Assembly: GCF_902652985.1 (NCBI RefSeq) | Contig: NC_047032.1 | Location: 13,392,001 to 13,456,000 of the forward strand | Reading direction: 5' to 3' | DNA: 64,000 nt | Origin: Pecten maximus | Lineage: Eukaryota | Shown: piece after piece, positions 26,040-38,800 of the stretch | Layout: each line of letters starts with the position of its first letter | Numbering within the stretch: the first letter of the stretch is position 1 | Notes under the pieces: model-generated | Databases searched by the model: none | Seen by the model: only the letters and a program-made list of their open reading frames with translations | Told to the model about the DNA's origin: nothing | Program-made: the position numbers and the translations under genes

Positions 26040-28900
26040 CCATGAAAACTTGCAATGTTGATTCGTACTCTCAGTTGTAAAAATCGGGGTTGAATTTGAA
26101 TTCAAGTCTTTCCCAAAATGTATTCAACCTGGATTTAAAAGTGTTTATGGTTGGTGCTTCGACTATCTCATTTGGTAGGCTATTCCAGTCCCTAACCACT
26201 CTTAATCCAAATGAGTGTCTCCTACAACCCAGCCTTGAGTGTTGTTGTCGTATTTTGAACTTATTCCCTTGTTTTGTTATTGTCAATAACTTCAAACATT
26301 CCTTTTACTGATTTATCAATTTCGTTGAGGATTCTATACACTTGGATGACATCATATCGCATTCTTCTGTACTGTAAAGATGGTATTCCAAGTTATATAT
26401 TAATCTTTCCGGAAACGATAAGTCCTTAATTGATAAATCAAGTTTGGTGGCCCTTCTCTGTACGTTTTCAATAGCCATAGCATCTTTTTCATACAGATGT
26501 TCCAGACAGTCACTGCATACTCCAAATGTGGTCGAATAAGGGCTTTGTACAAAGTAATAAACATACATTATATGTAGATTTGTCCATATGTATGAAGGAT
26601 CTTTTTAATAGACCTAATAGCCTGTTCGCTTTTTTCACATTGGCTGCTACATGGCTGCTTAACTATTAGTCGCAGTCAAATATGACACCAAGGTCTTTTT
26701 CATCATCACCCCGAGGAAGGTCTTCACCGTACATTGTATATTTATGTCTACTGTTGTTACGTCCAAAGTAAAGGGATTCACATTTACCGGAATTGAATTT
26801 CAGCTGCCATTTTTGGACCACTCTTCCAGGTTATTAAGGTCATCTTGTAATTTCCTGTTGTCAGAGTTGTTGTTGCTTTCTCCATATATTTTGGTGTCGT
26901 CTGCAAATAGTTTTGTGGTGGAAGTTATTGTTTCTGGTAGGTCGTTGATGTAAATTAAAAAGAGCACCAGGCCCAATACACTCCCTTGGGGGACCCCACT
27001 AGTGACACTTGACCAATCCGAAGTTTTTCCATTGACCATAACTCGTTGTTGCCTGTAGATCAGAAAGGATGCTATCCATTTCGATACTTTATTTTTAAGT
27101 CCGATCGTTTGGATTTTTTTATAGTCTTTGATAGGGGACTGTGTCGAAAGCTTTTTGAAAGTCCATGTAAATAATGTCCATCATGTTGCCGTTATCTATT
27201 TTTTGTGATATCATACAGGACCTCCACTATTGTCGTTCTACCCTTTCGGAATCCATATCGGCTATCGTTTAATAGCTTATTTTGCTCCAGGTAGTCCATG
27301 ATGCTGTCCCTATAGGATTGATTCCATGACCTTACATATAATGCTCGTCAAGCTGACCGGCCTATAATTTAAAGGGTCTTTCTTACTGCCTTTTTTGAAA
27401 ATTGGGGTAATATTTGCCTCTTTCCAGTTGGATGGAAGTTTTTCTTCTTCCAAAGATTTATTGAAAATTTTACTTAGATGTTTACTTATAATATCTCTTG
27501 TTTCATGCATTTTTTTTTTTTTTTTTTATACTGTTAGTTTTGAAAATTTGGCTTGTACTATTTTTGCAGTGATCTCCACCTGTCCCATTTCCGTATTTTG
27601 AGGGTTGGTCGTCGTCGTTGGAAAATTTTTGGTATCTTCATTTGTGAAGATCTTACAAAAGCATTTGTTTAGGACTTTTGTTTTGTCATCAGACACTATT
27701 GTTCCGTCTTCTGTCTCAGTTAGTGTGATACCTGTTTTTGTTTTGGTTTTGATGTACTTTCAAAAGCTCTTTGGATCCGTTTTGAATTCCATCGCAAGTT
27801 TTTTCTCATAATCTTTTACAGTCTGTCTTTGCACACTTGTCGCTTGGTTTCTGGCTCTTTTATAACTCGATAGATGTGTCTGGTTAACTATTGCCTCTGT
27901 ATTTGTACCATTCTTTTCTCTTGTTCTTTAGTGCCTTGGTTGTAGCTTCGTCCATCCATGGTTTCCTTGGCCTCATAGGACTACCTTTGTTTACCGGTAC
28001 ATATTTATCCATACACTTCACAATTTGTCAACAAAGTAGGCCCATGATTCCTCTAGGCCCATCTCATTCATCTCTTCCCAATTTTATCCGTCTAGCTCTT
28101 GACACATTCTTTCGTAGTTGCCTCTGTAGAAACAATATCTCTTTTGTGACGGTGTGTTTGAATCAGGCTCTTCTACATTGATTATTAAGTTGAATTTTAG
28201 AATGACATGGTCACTTTTTCCTAATGGGGCCCCTACTGTCACGTCTTCCACCATTCCTTCCTCATTAGTGAATACCAAGTATAAAATTAATGGTGTGTTG
28301 CCATGTCTAAATCTTGTGCATTCGTACATGTGCTGATGGAGGTAAAGATCTTGGATACATTCTAAAACTCTTGGGTTGTAGGTTCATTATTTCCTGTTGT
28401 AGTTTCTAGTTCCCAATTAATGTCTTTGTAGTGGAAGTCGCCCAATGTCAGTAAATGCGATGTTCTATTGTTTGCTTCTCTTAGTACTGTTTGTATACTT
28501 TCTGAGTTATTTCTAGAGCTCGATGGGCTACTATATACTCATCCTATCAATAGCTTCTCTGCTCCTTCTAATTTAACAATACACCATACCATCTCCTTGA
28601 AGTTCATCTCCATCAAATCATCTTCAGTTTCTCCTTTAGTTCACTTTTGATGTATATTATAACTCCACGGCCCTCTGTAAGACTGTTGACAAACATGTCA
28701 TAGCCTTTTAAGCTAAATTCGTTGCTATCTGTGAGGGCTATAATGGCAGGGTTCTCCATACTGATATTTAATTCCAACTCGTGTCGCTTGTTCAGAAGAC
28801 TATCAACATTGCTGTAAAAGACTCTAAATTCTGAATAATCTGTTGTACTATTTTGTACAATGGTGTGCTGATTAAAACGGGTTATAGTGAGGAAGCATTT
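26040..28900 (-). mobile_element. Degenerate non-LTR retrotransposon, CR1/L2 clade ORF2 (AP endonuclease + reverse transcriptase)
   Basis: Fragments [79 protein letters not shown]; many frameshifts and stops. Confidence 0.93.
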
Positions 28901-29804
28901 CCTGATCTTGACTGTGTTTTCATTTTGTCCATTCCCCCTGATGATTGTGTCGCTTGCTATATTTCTTACTACCTATCCATACAACCTGCGTTTTACTGGT
29001 ATTGACATTCAGTCCAGATATCCTGGAAAAAACTATATGAAGTTCATTAACGGGTTTTAATGCCTATTTGTAAACTTAGGATTAAAGAGTCTATCAATAG
29101 CACATACAAAAAAAAAATATATATCGTATTTGCTTCTTATGTAGGCAATTTTGAAACCCCGCCTTTATCCATTAGTGTTTTATATTTCGCAAGTTCTCTA
29201 GGTACTGTTTAAGAAAGGTATTCATAAAAGGCATCATTTAGCATTAGGTCAACTCGAGAAATTTACGAAAATGACCTCCTTCAATGTCACCGAATTCCTG
29301 AAAATAACATGAGCATCATCTGTTACCGTCTAGGAATGCGCTTAATAATTACTTTTAGAAACTTAGAATTATCTTTAAGTGTTGTGGTATCGGGTCCAAA
29401 AAGTATCTGAGATGACCATGTCTGATAAAGAATATAGATTTAATCAGAAAATTTAATGTGAAATATATGCTATAGGTTTGAAGAAATACCTTATACATGC
29501 CATAATATGGCAAACCTTTTTAACATTTAATCCCATTTCCATTTCCTCTTAAGGTAAAATATGCTTCAGATTTATTTCACTTTAGTGAAATACTTTCTAT
29601 CTTAAGGTTAAAAGACTTTTTTTGCATTATGTTTTATTAAACAATGAAATAAAGCATAATGCAAATGCTGCTGTTGAGTAGATAGGACATCCACTCTCAT
29701 GAATCAAATATGGACTAGTCCATCTATTGACCAAGCATTGGGTGTTTAATTTCTGGCCAATTCGAGACCTTTTCTCTATTCCATTTGTTGTTAGTAAAAT
29801 CAAT

Positions 29805-30025
29805 ATTATTTCCCATTCACTTATGTTTACTTTCCATTATGTTTTATTTCCATTATGATAAGGGATAAGAACGTGTCATAATTAAAGTTAACTCACACTG
29901 TTTCTTAGTAATATAATGGAAATAAAACATAAGTGAAATAAATCATAATGGAAATAGAAAATAATGGAAATAAAACATAATTGGGAAATATTAAACATAA
30001 GGGAAATAAATCATAATGGATATTA
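29805..30025. repeat. Foldback-like cluster of short repeats in inverted orientation
   Basis: ttatgttttatttccatta copies facing taatggaaataaaacataa copies. Confidence 0.55.
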
Positions 30026-30649
30026 AAATCTGTTTCACTTACTTTCATGATGACAAAAAGAGTATCTTCAAGTACGTTATGGTTGTGGATATATATACAT
30101 GTATGTTATATGATATAGCATGTATAGTTTATGATACCAGTATATAGGCCTAACAGATAGCTATCTCATAAACTTTAAATAATATTATTGTAAAGAAATT
30201 AAATACCTTCTGTATGAACTCATAAATTCTCGTCTAAAATATATCTTGTATAATTTTGTTACGGTGACAACTATTACTTGGCTTGTCAATGCCAATGTTA
30301 AAAATTTACTGAAATAAAAAGTAAAGGACCTTCATAAAATATTGAAATACATGTATTACAATACTTACGTTCAATCCCTCCGGTAATTTCTATGTAAGCA
30401 GGATCTTTAAGTTATGAAACTAACGTTAACAGTTACACATATGTTAGGTATAACTCACCTTGTAAATATACAGTTATAAGCACTTGTACGTCTCTCCTCA
30501 TACTATTTTTTTTATGTGACACGGTGCTGTTTAAATGTACAGTAGTCTAATCAATCTGTGATTAATTATGGTATAAATATCAAGATTTAATTTTACAATC
30601 AATTTTCTATTGTTCATTTTTTTTCAAATGTTTTTACCTTAGTAAAAAT

Positions 30650-30862
30650 TCTTCGCGCTATTTCGTACACCGAACAAAGGACTGTGCGTTAATAGAATCC
30701 GGTTTGTTCCTTTTCCGGTAACGGTTTAAGCGCTAGTCTGCTCATGCGCCATTTGCAAAACATAAACAAACAGGAGATTTGATGACTAAACGTCACAGGT
30801 TTTAAACTGAAATATTTACTTTGAAACTTTGATAAATCGTAACATCTTTCTGGTACTGAAAC
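30650..30862 (+). promoter_or_regulatory. Probable SERINC promoter / 5' UTR
   Basis: Local CpG enrichment, ETS-like ttccgg, NRF1-like ctcatgcgc and CRE half-site acgtca just upstream of the ATG. Confidence 0.5.
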
Positions 30863-30883
30863 ATGGGCTGTATTGTAGGCTCG
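30863..30883 (+). CDS. SERINC1: SERINC exon 1 (MGCIVGS)
   Basis: aaacATGGGC start, donor gtgagt, phase 0. Confidence 0.85.
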
Positions 30884-33800
30884 GTGAGTATGGAAACATA
30901 GTTCTTCCGATTAAGTTGACGGCTTCAATTTGCGTCGTAATGATTGTCACGAGATCTGTAACCGTAAATAATGTTACATACTACATAGGCCTATAATACA
31001 CTTATACTTTACTTCCTAGTTTCCTATATAGGCAAATGATGGCTAAAGACATAATTCAAATAATTTGATATGAGGGAAATGAACGATTATATTAATACGA
31101 AGATTAAACAAAGTAAAGTTACATCAATAATGTTGTTTACAATATACAGGTTATAATAATTAGGGCTGCATATATGTACAGTACACAATATAGTACTGTC
31201 TGTATAAATCTATAAATAAAACAATAGACTTATACTGTATTATGAAGAGCATATTTCTGTTCATGGTTACTTGTCTGTCAATGTGGAAGACAAAGGCTTT
31301 AGATAAATAAGTGACCTCAGAAATAGGTTGTGTGCAAATTGTTTAGCACCTAATGCTATTTATATATAATTATAATATATATAAGATGTTAAGAAGGAGT
31401 ACAGTAGTCAACAAAGAGATATTTTTCAGCCTGGTAAAAACTTTGACATGGCAATAACGACGGCTTGTGCAATCATGGTTTTCCTGAACAACACTATAAT
31501 CTTCTCGGGTTAATTCCACTAGTGGAATTTTTTAGCCCACAGTTTTTAGTGGGCTATTCAAATCGCCCTGCGTCCGTGGTCCGTCTGTCCCTCTGTAAAC
31601 AATTCTTGTTATCGCTATTTCTAAGAAAGAACTGAAGGGATCTTTCCCAATTTTTATGTAGATTTCCCTTGGTCCGTATAGTTTATCCTGCAACTGCCAC
31701 CGCATTGTCGGAATACACCCACTGTAGATATTTTTGCTTTATACGGCAGTGACGGAAAACAGCTGTATTTTGGAATCTTAGCACATGCCTCAGTTCGACT
31801 GACCTACTTCAAAGTGAAACTATGTTTAAAAGGCGAACATATTTCTGTCATTTTTGACACCGTTTCACTTCAAAATGATTATGTTTGATGATTATTTTTA
31901 TGACTGTTGCAGGATAAATAGAATACATGGTCAGTGTATTAAAATATAAGCTGTATTTTTGGCTCGGGACAGAAAATCAAAAGTGACTCGCCAAGGCTCG
32001 CCACTTTCGTCTTTCTTTACCCTCGCCAAAATACAGCTTATATTTTAAGACACTGACCATGTATTCTCTCTATATATGCATATTACATTTTGGGACCGAT
32101 CAGAAAACAACATGGCAGACAGGCAGCCATCTTGGATTTTGACAATTGAAGTTTGTTATCGCTATTTTACAGAAGGTACTGATCATGAAGGGATCATTCT
32201 CAAATTTCATATGTAGGTTCCCCTTGAAAATTGGTCATGTTGCATTTTGGGACCAATCAGAAAACAACATGGCCGACAGACAGCCATTATCGATAAATCT
32301 AAAATTTCATATATAAGTTCCCCTTGTTTGAAAGTACTGGAGGGATATTTCTCAATTTACACAGATTACCGGTAGTAAGAGGAAGGGAAAAATAGAGAGA
32401 AGATCAATCTGACATGGAACCTATAAAGATCATTTAATATAGTGGGCACCAATTTCCTCTCGGATCTCTATTTGGGGGGTTCAGAAATCCAAGATGGCTG
32501 CCATCACTGTACTTGCTACTGAGTATATGTATACTACAATATAGTAAAAGTGTCTTTAAAGTCAGATAGCCATTAAGGCCCATGGGCCTCTTATTTCTGA
32601 ACCAAAGACTATGTAGAAATCTCCAACCTAAGGGGTGAAATACTTTAGGTTACAAGTCTAACTCACGATCAATAATACTGGGAATGTTGCTCTGTCACAT
32701 CCTCAATGTACTATTCAGAGGATGATTATTTCTCTCCCATTCTTAATGGTTTTTTTTATTTCTGTATCGTCCAGCTGATGAAACAATGATCAACAGGTAC
32801 TTTATTATGACAACATGAAGAAATCATCCCATGAATTTTTTTGATTATCCAATGCAAGATATGTTACACATATAACGTAATGTGTAATTGATAGCTTAAG
32901 GATCTATACTGAGGGTTGAGATCCCTTTCAAGTCCTGTGTCCGTCCAAAGGGGTGAATTTTTATCTTTTTTTTCTCCTCTTACCCTGTTTGTTCTCCTAT
33001 ATACTTTATTTATAAATCTGAACATATGAGTGCATCAATACAACTGCAACACAGTGTTGACTTGTGGTGATTGAATTGTCAGGGTGACATTGTACATGTA
33101 GATGTGACGTCATCACATGGTTGCCAGCATCTGTCTTCGTATCTTTCATACCCTTGGTGTTGACGGAGAAGTCTTGTACTGGGAAAACAGCTAGCTAGGA
33201 GACAAATTTTATGATGGGAGAGGCTAAATATCAACAGTTATTGTCAATGGTTTTACATGTTGGGATTTTGACATTTATTGACAGGCTTATAATAATTGGT
33301 GGTTAAATCATTGATCATAATAGAAAATTAAATGATTGTAAATAACTCTAGCGACATTATTGATCTTAATAATCGAAAAGTGAAATTTCATCCTGTATTA
33401 TGGATTCATTCTTAGACATTAGGTTTCTGCATTACTCATTACGCAATGGGGTCCCTTAGAAGCTTTAGTAGCAGCCTAAAATAGCTTTCAATGCAAGCAT
33501 CTTGCTGAAGAAGTTATCTGATTGTTCTGATTAATAAATTACAAAATTACAAAAATCTTATGTCAGCTGTACAAGTCTGATTGCAATTAAAATTTTGTTG
33601 GGTATGGAAATGTGAAAAAATAAATAATGATAAATAAATGTAGAAATTTTTTTAAGTGTTAATCGTGTTGGTTTGAAGTTGGAATTAGCTAGATCATAAA
33701 ACATGTTCTACTTGGGATTGATAATATACATGTGCAATTGCCTTGACAATACAGGTACATGTCTTAAAAGCATATTTACTCACCTTTATCATCTGTCCAT

Positions 33801-35825
33801 TGAACTGATTAATAAATTGTGTGATTTTCCATTTAGCTTGCCTGCTGCTGTGGGAGTGCTGCCTGTAGCCTTTGCTGTGCGGCCTGTCCATCATGCAAGA
33901 ACTCAACCGCGACTCGAATTGGTTATTCAATAGTTCTGATCTTTGGAACCATTGTAGCCTCTATTTTCCTGGCTCCAGGCCTCCGAGGGGCACTGGATAA
34001 GGTAAGAAGCATCCTGTGCAAGACTCATTGAGTGTGTCAACGTCTCTTGAATTTGATTGGTCTAATTTATGTACATTTTTTACCAGATATTGACACTAAG
34101 TTTGTCTGAAGATGATAAATAATTTAATGAAATTTTGCTTTGATTTAATTTTCCATTATAGATTCCGGGGCTGTGTAAAGACTACTTCACTTTTGACATA
34201 TTTACGGAGGATCATGCCCAGGACAAGAAGGCGATGTGTGATGACATGGTTGGATATCTGTCTGTGTACAGAATCTGCTTTGCTATGGCGGCGTTCTTCT
34301 TTCTCTTCGCCATTATCATGATCAATGTCAAATCCTCCAAGGATCCTAGATCTGGTATCCAGAACGGGTTAGTCACTAATCTTTTCCTATCCAGGGTTTG
34401 ATTTGGGTAATGATTAGGGTGACGGTCCCTCTGTATTGTATGAATAGAGTTCCTGAAAATAACAGGGTCCTTTCCAATTTCAGTGCTTCAAAAGGTTATA
34501 GTAACCATTTAAACCCAAATTGTGGTATCATTAGCTCGTCTCTTCGAAGAAGAGTGAGAGCTTATGTCGTCACTCCGGCGTCGGGCGTCGGCATCAGCGT
34601 TGGTTTTTCAAATGTTAAATTTATGGTGCAAGTGTTGAAAGGCATAGTAAATTATGGTAATATGGTCCCTGTGGGGGTTAAACTATCCCCTGCCGGAATT
34701 AAACTAAAAGATTTTTTGGAAAAAAAAAAACAATTTTTTGAAAATTTTTGGACTTAAAATGCTTCTGCGTTAAGTTTTTGGTGCAAGTGTTGAAAGGAAT
34801 TAATACATCACTTTATAATTGTACTAGGGTGCTGATAATTGGCAATAGAGTCCCTCTGGGGTTAAACTATCCCCTGCCAGAGTAAAACCGACAGATTTTT
34901 TTTGGAAAAAACCAGAATTTTCAAATTTTTGGACATAGAATATTTCTGCGTTAAGTTTTTGGTGCAAGTGTTGAAAGGTAATTTATAATTGTACTAGGGT
35001 GCTGATATTTCGCAATAGAGTCCCTCTGGGGTAAAACTATCCCTTCCTGGAGTAAAACTGAAAGATTTTTTTGGGGAAAAAACACATTTTTAAAATTTTT
35101 GTGCAAATGTTGAAAGCTATTAACATGTCACTTTATGATGTACTAGGGTGCTGATATTTGGTAAAAGAGTCCCTATGGAATTACACTATCCCTTCTTGGG
35201 GTGAAACTGAAAATAAAACAATGTGAAAATGCTCACTATAGACAATTTATACTGGTCCACATTTTTAAAGGGAGACAACTCTCATTAGGATAATATTTTG
35301 TCAAAAATTGAAGAAATATGTCCAAAAGCAATTACATTTGTATTTAATATATACATTTAACAACAGCATAGCTTGTCTCCCGAAAGTTTGTCAATAAATA
35401 ATTTATATATATATAAAATGGTATGGTTTTGAAAATTGCATGAATTCACAAAACATAATCTGATCTGAAAACAATATAAATATTATTCATGCAATTTGCG
35501 AAACCATTCCAAATAATATATTTTAATTATTTATTGACAAACATTTGCGAGACGAGCTATGCTGTTCTCCAACAGCTCTTGTTTTTAGTACCTGTTAAAG
35601 GGGAAAATTAATATAGCTATCAACATACATGTAGTTATATGTATACCTGACTAATTTAAAAGTGAGGTTCAACTAGAAAACTTTTAATACCAAAGTCTCT
35701 CATAAAATGAGCATATTTACAGGAATTGTAAATTGCGAATCTACCGTATTTTAACGCAAATAAGCCCCCACCCCTAGAGGAAAAAGAAAGACCAAAAAGT
35801 GGGGAGGGGGCTTATTTGCGGGCAA

Positions 35826-35857
<32 letters not shown>

Positions 35858-38800
35858 AATGTTTGTTGTGATGTCTGCCATTTTGGATAGCAATGGCTGT
35901 AATAAACAGCGATCATGACACTGAAATTCGTTCATTTTTGTTGTGTTGCAAACAAATAACAATACAAAAAGAAAATCCAATTTTTGATTTATTAACCATG
36001 ATAACCAACATATTGCATTATGATTTGGAAAAGAATGAATACACATTTAATTATAAATGTTCCGACACATGTACTACTAAAAAGTTCATATGCTTTACCA
36101 CAACACTTGTAACACTCACTTTACTGTCCATGGCCGTAATAAATACAGCTGGCTGCACTGACTTCAACACACATTTGGCAATGTCCAGTATTATCCAATT
36201 TAATCCATAATCCCAGTTGAAAACCAGTTAACTGAGTCACGTTAAGATACTCAGTTGATAACATGAATTGTCAGTATTGTTTTCACTTTCTCTGTTGTAG
36301 GTTTACAGTCAAGTTTGTGCACTTGACATCAAAGGCAGTATACAAAGCCATTTACAAGCATTTATTCAACCTTGATCAATTTGCTACGAAACCCAAACCA
36401 CGTCACCTCAGCTTAATTGGCTTTGAATTAATTGTTTTTTTTAGCCCGGTATTGTCACCCTTGCAGTCAGTGAAGTGTCATAATTCCGTTACGGTCTGTG
36501 AGCAGGTCATAAACTGACCAATGCCCCACATAAATGCCTTTCACCAGACAGCAAGCGTTGCATGTCAAAGGGTTAGCTATATGAAACTAACCAGTGTGTT
36601 GATTTTACTGACCAGAATTTACGAAGTTGAAAGGTAAACACAAAGACAAACAACTCAACAGTAACATCACTCGACAAAAACTTGGGGGGGGGGGGGGGGG
36701 GGGCTTAATTGCGAACATCCTCCCTGTTCCTAGATTTTTTAACCAAAGTGGTTGGGGGGGTTTTGCGGGAGGGGGCTTATTTGTGGTAAAATACGGTAGG
36801 TATGCACACATTTTGTAGTCAAATGTTCCGGATTCCTGAAACTCTACCAAATGACTTTTAAAACCTGAGGTTTCTGATGATATGTACATATTATGTAGTT
36901 GCATGTTCTCATCTGTTTCCAGATTCTGGGCCATAAAGATACTGGTTCTTGTTGGTATTTGTGTTGGAGCATTTTACATCCCCAGAGGAGAGTTTGGACA
37001 AGGTAATTAGGGCCAAATTGAGAAAAAAAATATACCAATGTTTGAAAAGCTTAGATGAATTAGTGCTTTGGAAATAAGAGGTCGCAGTCGGCAAAATGAT
37101 ATCCGATAAAAAAAAAAGAGCCGACCAGCGGCCTCTTATGTTATAGGATTAAGATGGTACATGTTGGCATGTTATTTATATATATGTAGACTCTATGTAT
37201 CTCATGATTTCCTGATTGTTTTATGAGAAATAGGCTGTATTACAATTTTTTTTTATTGAATATACTATTATAATCTTGAGGCACAAAAGAGTACGGTTTT
37301 ATGAATACAGACCCAGAGCACCATTTCTTTAATGAATCCAAACTGTATTACTCTAATGATAATAGTGGTGACTCAAAATTTGAGTGAATCTCACAGGAAA
37401 AGGATGAGTCTGGGACTCAAATCTGAGTCATAAAGATCACTGAATTCCTTACTCAGTTTAAAATGCAACTATGTTTGATACTACTGTCTATATATCTTAT
37501 GTTTGAAACTCATGATCACCTTTATTATCTGTGACACTGACAAATGTTTAAGTTTAATCACAGAAGATGATTCAGGGCTTTTGGTGGCCGATATATAAGA
37601 GGCCCTATTTCCAATTGAAATTATTTTAGCTAATTCAAATTCCAAATTTTGTATTATACTCTGGAAACTTTCATTCCAAATTCCTTCATTCTCTTCTCAA
37701 AACTCTGCAAAAAGCCCCCATCCAAAACCACAGGGGCTTGACATGTATAATAAGTGATCAAGGAGTCAGACCCCGCAGGTTAATTTTCATTCTTGGTCAT
37801 AAAAACATATGTCATGCCCTTTTGTCCTAAATCTGTGAAGAAATCCCTGTAACCATGAATTGTTGTCTACTTTTCAGTGTGGATGGTCATTGGTATGATT
37901 GGAGCCTTCCTCTTTATACTCATACAACTTATCCTCATCATTGATTTTGGACATGGCTGGGCTGAGAGCTGGGTGGAAAAATATGAGGAAACTGAATCCA
38001 AATGCTATTACTTTGGTAAGTTAAGAGGAAAAAAAAAATTTTCATGCTGTTTTAGATTTTAGAAAAGAGTACTGGTTACTTTTTCATTGGCAATGTGAGA
38101 AAATGTTTGGACATATTGGATCCATAATATTTCCTTGCAAAATCATTTTTCTTGATAATTTACATAAATATATCTGTTATCGGTAATGAACAAAATGTAC
38201 GAAAGTTTCATTTATCTTGAATATAGATAGTCCTGTACATGGGAAATGTGATTTTGTATGTTGTAAATTGGTAAGTAATTAATTATCGATATGATAATAA
38301 TTAGCTTGCGGAAAACAATCTGCAATATCCTATATATGTATTATGATTATGAGAGTAAAAACAAAAACAATGTAACTTTAAGGTATTTTATATATTATTA
38401 ATTGAACTAAAGAGTCTTTTTTCCTGAAAACTTGATGTATATTTTTCACATAAATATGGTATATCTTGTATATGACCTTAATTGTACTGATTTTACCGAT
38501 AGCCATTGTGACTAACATATTTGGGAATGTACATGTATAATGTATTACTATTTTAATATTTTTTCTAATTATTTGATTTTTATGTTATAAGACAGATTAA
38601 AATTACTAAATTATTTTACCTTTGTATTGTCTATGGGAAGAGAAAAAATAATAGTACTAGACTAAGTGTTTCCATTTTCCAGGCATGTTGTTCTTTTTTT
38701 TTCAGGACTGCTGTTTTTTACTGTCATATTCTACATTTTGGCCATCGTCGCCATCGTACTTTTCTACGTGTATTACGCCAAGGTATGTGATATCTAAAAA

